Origin: Fibrobacter succinogenes subsp. succinogenes S85 | Lineage (GTDB): Bacteria > Fibrobacterota > Fibrobacteria > Fibrobacterales > Fibrobacteraceae | Length of the DNA stretch: 32,000 bases | Reading direction: 5' to 3' | Assembly: GCF_000146505.1 (NCBI RefSeq) | Contig: NC_017448.1 | Location: forward strand, 2,760,001-2,792,000 | In this document: positions 28,825 through 32,000 of the stretch, in pieces | How positions within the stretch are numbered: position 1 is the first letter of the stretch | Layout: each line of letters begins with the position of its first letter | Notes under the pieces: generated by a model | Databases searched by the model: none | The model's input: the letters and a program-made list of their open reading frames with translations, nothing else | What the model was told of the DNA's origin: nothing | Translations under genes and position numbers: made by a program

Positions 28825-29847
28825 TTGTTCGGACTTTTCTCTTGTGATATCGGTATTGACCTGGGTACCGCCAATACGCTTGTCCATGTGGCTGGACAGG
28901 GCATTGTCATTAACGAACCGACTGTGATTGCTGTTGACCGTAAGAGCAATCGCGTGACTGCTATCGGCGGCGAAGCTAAGAAAATGCTTGGCCGTACGTC
29001 TGGTGAAAGCCGTGCAATCCGCCCGATGCGCGATGGCGTGATTGCCGATTTTGAACTTGTAGAGACGCTTTTGCAGACCTTTATCAAGCGCGTTTTGCGT
29101 TACCCGCTGTGGGTGGCAAAACCGCGTGTGGTGGTTGGCGTTCCGAACGGAATTACCGAAGTGGAAACGCGTGCTGTGATTGACGCTGTCAAGATGACGG
29201 GCGCAAAAGAAGTCCACCTGGTCCATGAACCGATGGCTGCCGCTATTGGTATGGGCATCCCGGTTGAAGAACCGGTCGGTAACATGATTGTGGATATTGG
29301 CGGCGGTACGTCCGATATTGCCGTGATTGCCTTGAACAAGTCCGACTGCAACGGCTCTGTGCGCGTTGGCGGTGACGAGATGGATGAGGCGATTGTGCGT
29401 TATTTGCGTACTCAGTACAACCTCTGCGTTGGCGAAAGCACTGCCGAACAGATCAAGATCCAGATCGGTTCTGCAAGCCCGCTCGAAGAAGAATTGACGA
29501 TGGAAGTCAAGGGCCTTGACTTTATTGCCGGTATGCCACGCACGATTCCTATCGGAAGTGCCGAAATCCGCGACGCTATCAATGAACCGGTGACGGCAAT
29601 TATCGAAGCCGTGAAGCAGGCCTTGAGCATTACGCTTCCGGAACTTTCTGCAGATATTTACGACAAGGGCATTATCCTTACGGGTGGTGGTTCTCAGTTG
29701 CGCGGTCTCGATGAACGTATCCGCAAGGAAACGGGCCTCTCCGTGAATGTGATTGACGACCCTATGACTTGCGTTTGCAAGGGCGCTGCACGAATTCTCG
29801 AAGATTTGGACAAGTACCGTCCTGTTTTGGTGGCTTCTTCTACCTAA
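28825..29847 (+). CDS. mreB: Rod shape-determining actin homolog MreB
   Basis: TTG start with AGAGGG RBS. Motifs: DIGIDLGTANTLVHV, IRPMRDGVIADF, VVVGVPNGITEVETRAV, MIVDIGGGTSDIAVI, GIILTGGGSQLRGLD. Confidence 0.95.
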   Translation: MFGLFSCDIGIDLGTANTLVHVAGQGIVINEPTVIAVDRKSNRVTAIGGEAKKMLGRTSGESRAIRPMRDGVIADFELVETLLQTFIKRVLRYPLWVAKPRVVVGVPNGITEVETRAVIDAVKMTGAKEVHLVHEPMAAAIGMGIPVEEPVGNMIVDIGGGTSDIAVIALNKSDCNGSVRVGGDEMDEAIVRYLRTQYNLCVGESTAEQIKIQIGSASPLEEELTMEVKGLDFIAGMPRTIPIGSAEIRDAINEPVTAIIEAVKQALSITLPELSADIYDKGIILTGGGSQLRGLDERIRKETGLSVNVIDDPMTCVCKGAARILEDLDKYRPVLVASST

Positions 29848-29866
29848 ATCTTGAAATTGCACTTCG

Positions 29867-30694
29867 ATGCTTAGAGCTTTTCGCTTTATTGTCGATCTGT
29901 TTACCCAAAGGCATGGCGTTGTCGCTTTTGCCTTTTTTCTCGTTTTAGGGATTCTGATGCACCAGGCCTCGCCGACGGTGCGCGAAAGCATTGTGGACAA
30001 GGCGCTTTCGACGGTGTTTTACCCGGTCCAGTTGCTGCTTGCCTCTGTGAACGACTTTAAGTCGATGCAGGCAGAAAATGAGCACTTGAAGGCGGAAAAC
30101 GCAAGGCTCCGTCAGGAGACTTATCACGCGAGCGAGGGCTTGCAGGAACTGGCGCGTTTGCACACGCTGGTGCGCTTTGACGACAAGTGGGATTTCCCGA
30201 TTGTGACGTCTCGCGTGGTGGGGCATAACCCCGGGCGTTTTCTGACGACTCTTGTGATTAACCGTGGAACGCATCACGGCGTGAAGGAGAACATGCCGGT
30301 GATGTCGATGAACGGCCTTGTCGGGAAGATTTCGAAGGCGATGCTCACGCATTCCCGCGTGCAGCTTCTGGTGGACCCGAACTTGAAACTTTCCGTGCTA
30401 GAACGCCGTACGCGTGTGGTTGGCTTCTTGGAATCGGTGGATGGCCATTTGCTTTCGGCGATGATTCCATCGCATGCGGGCGTTGCCGAGGGCGATACGC
30501 TTATTACCTCTGGACTGGGCGGCATTTTCCCGAAGGGAATCCCGGTAGGTACGGTACACAAGGTTCGCAAGGCTGATTTGGACGTGATGAGCCTTATGGA
30601 CGTGAAGCCGTTTCAGGAATTTTCGACCTTGGAAGAAGTCTTTGTGATGCAGAAGGAACCGGATTGGATTATCCAGGAGTTGCTCGATGAGTAA
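29867..30694 (+). CDS. mreC: Rod shape-determining protein MreC
   Basis: Position after mreB. N-terminal TM, then a coiled coil (ENEHLKAENARLRQE). Motifs GLVGKISKAMLTHSRVQLLVDPN and GDTLITSGLGGIFPKGIPVGTV. Confidence 0.85.
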   Translation: MLRAFRFIVDLFTQRHGVVAFAFFLVLGILMHQASPTVRESIVDKALSTVFYPVQLLLASVNDFKSMQAENEHLKAENARLRQETYHASEGLQELARLHTLVRFDDKWDFPIVTSRVVGHNPGRFLTTLVINRGTHHGVKENMPVMSMNGLVGKISKAMLTHSRVQLLVDPNLKLSVLERRTRVVGFLESVDGHLLSAMIPSHAGVAEGDTLITSGLGGIFPKGIPVGTVHKVRKADLDVMSLMDVKPFQEFSTLEEVFVMQKEPDWIIQELLDE

Positions 30695-31172
30695 TTACGG
30701 GTGGCTAAAGACGCTTCTGATGTTTGTCATCGCTTTTGCAGTACAGTCGACGATTGGCGACTGGCTTAAGATTTTGGGTGTCGGGCCAGACTTTATCCTC
30801 ATCTTTATTGTGTCCGTTGCTTTGCGTTTTGGAGCGGGTACGGGCTGTTTCTGGGGATTTTTGGCGGGATTCACGCTGGATGTCTATGCTCCGGTGGAAT
30901 GGCTTGGCGCCAATACGATTGCCATGACGATTGTAGGCTTTGCCGTGGGGCAACTTGAGGAACATATCCTTACGCTTTATCTCCCCGCAAAAGTTGCGGT
31001 GCTCGGGATTGCGTTTTTGGTAAACGACTTGTTTTATTTCCTCATTACGGGGCTAGATAAGAACGTCGTGACGACTCTTTTCTTGACAAAGACTCTCCCG
31101 GAATGCGTTTACACCTTGATTATTGGTGGTATTTTGTTCTATCTCTCTTCGGAGAAGAAGTCAAATGTATAA
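30687..31172 (+). CDS. mreD: Rod shape-determining protein MreD
   Basis: Overlaps the mreC stop by 8 nt. A 161-aa polytopic membrane protein in the canonical mreBCD position. Confidence 0.7.
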   Translation: MSNYGWLKTLLMFVIAFAVQSTIGDWLKILGVGPDFILIFIVSVALRFGAGTGCFWGFLAGFTLDVYAPVEWLGANTIAMTIVGFAVGQLEEHILTLYLPAKVAVLGIAFLVNDLFYFLITGLDKNVVTTLFLTKTLPECVYTLIIGGILFYLSSEKKSNV

Positions 31173-32000
31173 CGATACTTCGGAGAACGAAGCTCGAATC
31201 CGCAAAAACTGGAATGTGTTGATTTTCCTTGCGGGTACGGTCATCCTTTTTTCGGTGATTTTGTTCAAGCTTTTTTCGCTGCAGTACATCCATTACGAAG
31301 AAAACTTCCAGCGTTCCGAAAACAATCGCTTGCGCCGAATAGAGCTGATTGCTGATCGCGGCTACATTTACGATAGGAACGGGAATGTGCTGGTGCGTAA
31401 CCGTCCTTCGTACCAGATTGCGCTCCAGGCGCTTGAAATGCCGCGAAAGAAGGCGGCTAGGGATTCTATTTTCAAGAAGCTCCTGAATATCCGCGATGCG
31501 GCGGGTGTGCGTCTTTTTGATTCCCTGTCTCTTGATACGGCGTTCCAGAGGATCCGCTGGGTGCGTACGCGTCCGGTCCGCATTTTAGAAGATGCGACGA
31601 TGGAACAGGTGGCGGTGATCGAAGAGCATTCTACGGAGCTGCCGGGCGTCTCGGTGATTATCGAATCGCGTCGTGAATATCCGTATGGAACGCTTGCTTC
31701 GCATGTGCTCGGTTACACGAGTGAAATTTCGGAAGAGCAATTGAAACTTCCGGAATACGAATCTTATTCGCAAGGCGACCGTGTGGGCCAAAAGGGCTTG
31801 GAGCAGGAATACGACAAGGAGTTCCGCGGAAAAAATGGGCTCAAGCTTGTGGAAGTGAATGCGTCGGGGCGTGAGGTGAGAACTCTCCCGGATGTTGGCG
31901 GGTATATTCCTCCGGAACCGGGATTGCACATGGTCTCGACCATTGACTTGAAACTGCAAAAGGCGGCAGAAGCGGCGATTCCGGATTCGGCAAAAGGCGC
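31165..32000 (+). CDS. mrdA: Penicillin-binding protein 2 (elongasome transpeptidase), 3'-truncated by the window; absent from the supplied ORF track
   Basis: The ATG at 31165 overlaps the mreD stop (ATGTATAA). I translated the frame by hand to nt 32000 and found no stop. It has an N-terminal TM and the motifs RGYIYDRNGNVLVRN, RREYPYGTLASHVLGY and GQKGLEQEYDKEFRG, typical of the PBP2 dimerisation domain. Confidence 0.85.
   Translation, partial: MYNDTSENEARIRKNWNVLIFLAGTVILFSVILFKLFSLQYIHYEENFQRSENNRLRRIELIADRGYIYDRNGNVLVRNRPSYQIALQALEMPRKKAARDSIFKKLLNIRDAAGVRLFDSLSLDTAFQRIRWVRTRPVRILEDATMEQVAVIEEHSTELPGVSVIIESRREYPYGTLASHVLGYTSEISEEQLKLPEYESYSQGDRVGQKGLEQEYDKEFRGKNGLKLVEVNASGREVRTLPDVGGYIPPEPGLHMVSTIDLKLQKAAEAAIPDSAKG

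Noticed and set aside
1-32000. Mobile elements, prophage, defence islands (restriction-modification, toxin-antitoxin, CBASS, retron-like genes) or obvious horizontally acquired segments.
   Set aside because: I recognised no transposase, integrase, phage structural, nuclease/methylase or reverse-transcriptase motifs in any frame. By eye, composition looks uniform apart from AT-rich promoters. GC skew and k-mer statistics were not computed.

Overview
Dense, mostly plus-strand chromosomal segment of a diderm bacterium. The gene content and promoter-like motifs (TSP3-repeat OmpA protein, futalosine-pathway mqn genes, short Hc1/histone-H1-like protein, TAnnTTTG-type -10 boxes) suggest an FCB-group organism such as Fibrobacter, but this is an unverified guess. 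Left to right: a 5'-truncated beta-rich protein; tRNA-Arg(CCG) and rimO (minus strand); a duplicated-domain lipoprotein; a SPOR lipoprotein (minus); a Cache-HAMP-PP2C sensor phosphatase; rpsU and yqeY; a GAF/sigma54-type activator with a degenerate GAFTGA motif; a LysR regulator; two tandem paralogous small outer-membrane (OM) beta-barrel genes (minus); tyrS-pfkB-mqnB and mqnD; and an Hc1-like protein. The most interesting part is a ~12.5 kb co-oriented cluster at 15.8-28.2 kb. It encodes a beta-helix/TSP3/OmpA_C protein, a beta-barrel-TPR fusion, a 1292-aa TPR protein with a polylysine tail, ExbB, an atypically long ExbD, a canonical ExbD, a TonB-like protein with an AgmX/PglI-like C-terminus, and a 434-aa OM barrel. 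No TonB-dependent receptor is present. I read this cluster as an uncharacterised proton-motive-force-driven trans-envelope machine, either Agl-Glt-core-like or a divergent Tol-Pal. The window ends with a small lipoprotein and mreB-mreC-mreD-mrdA (mrdA is partial and missing from the ORF track because it runs off the edge). I saw no transposase, integrase, CRISPR array or recognisable defence gene. Intergenic DNA contains unusual 7-nt-period arrays built on TTAG/CTAA, which place stop triplets in all six frames, and a tandem 29-nt hairpin repeat with a compensatory base-pair change. All homology calls come from motif recognition by eye; no searches were run.
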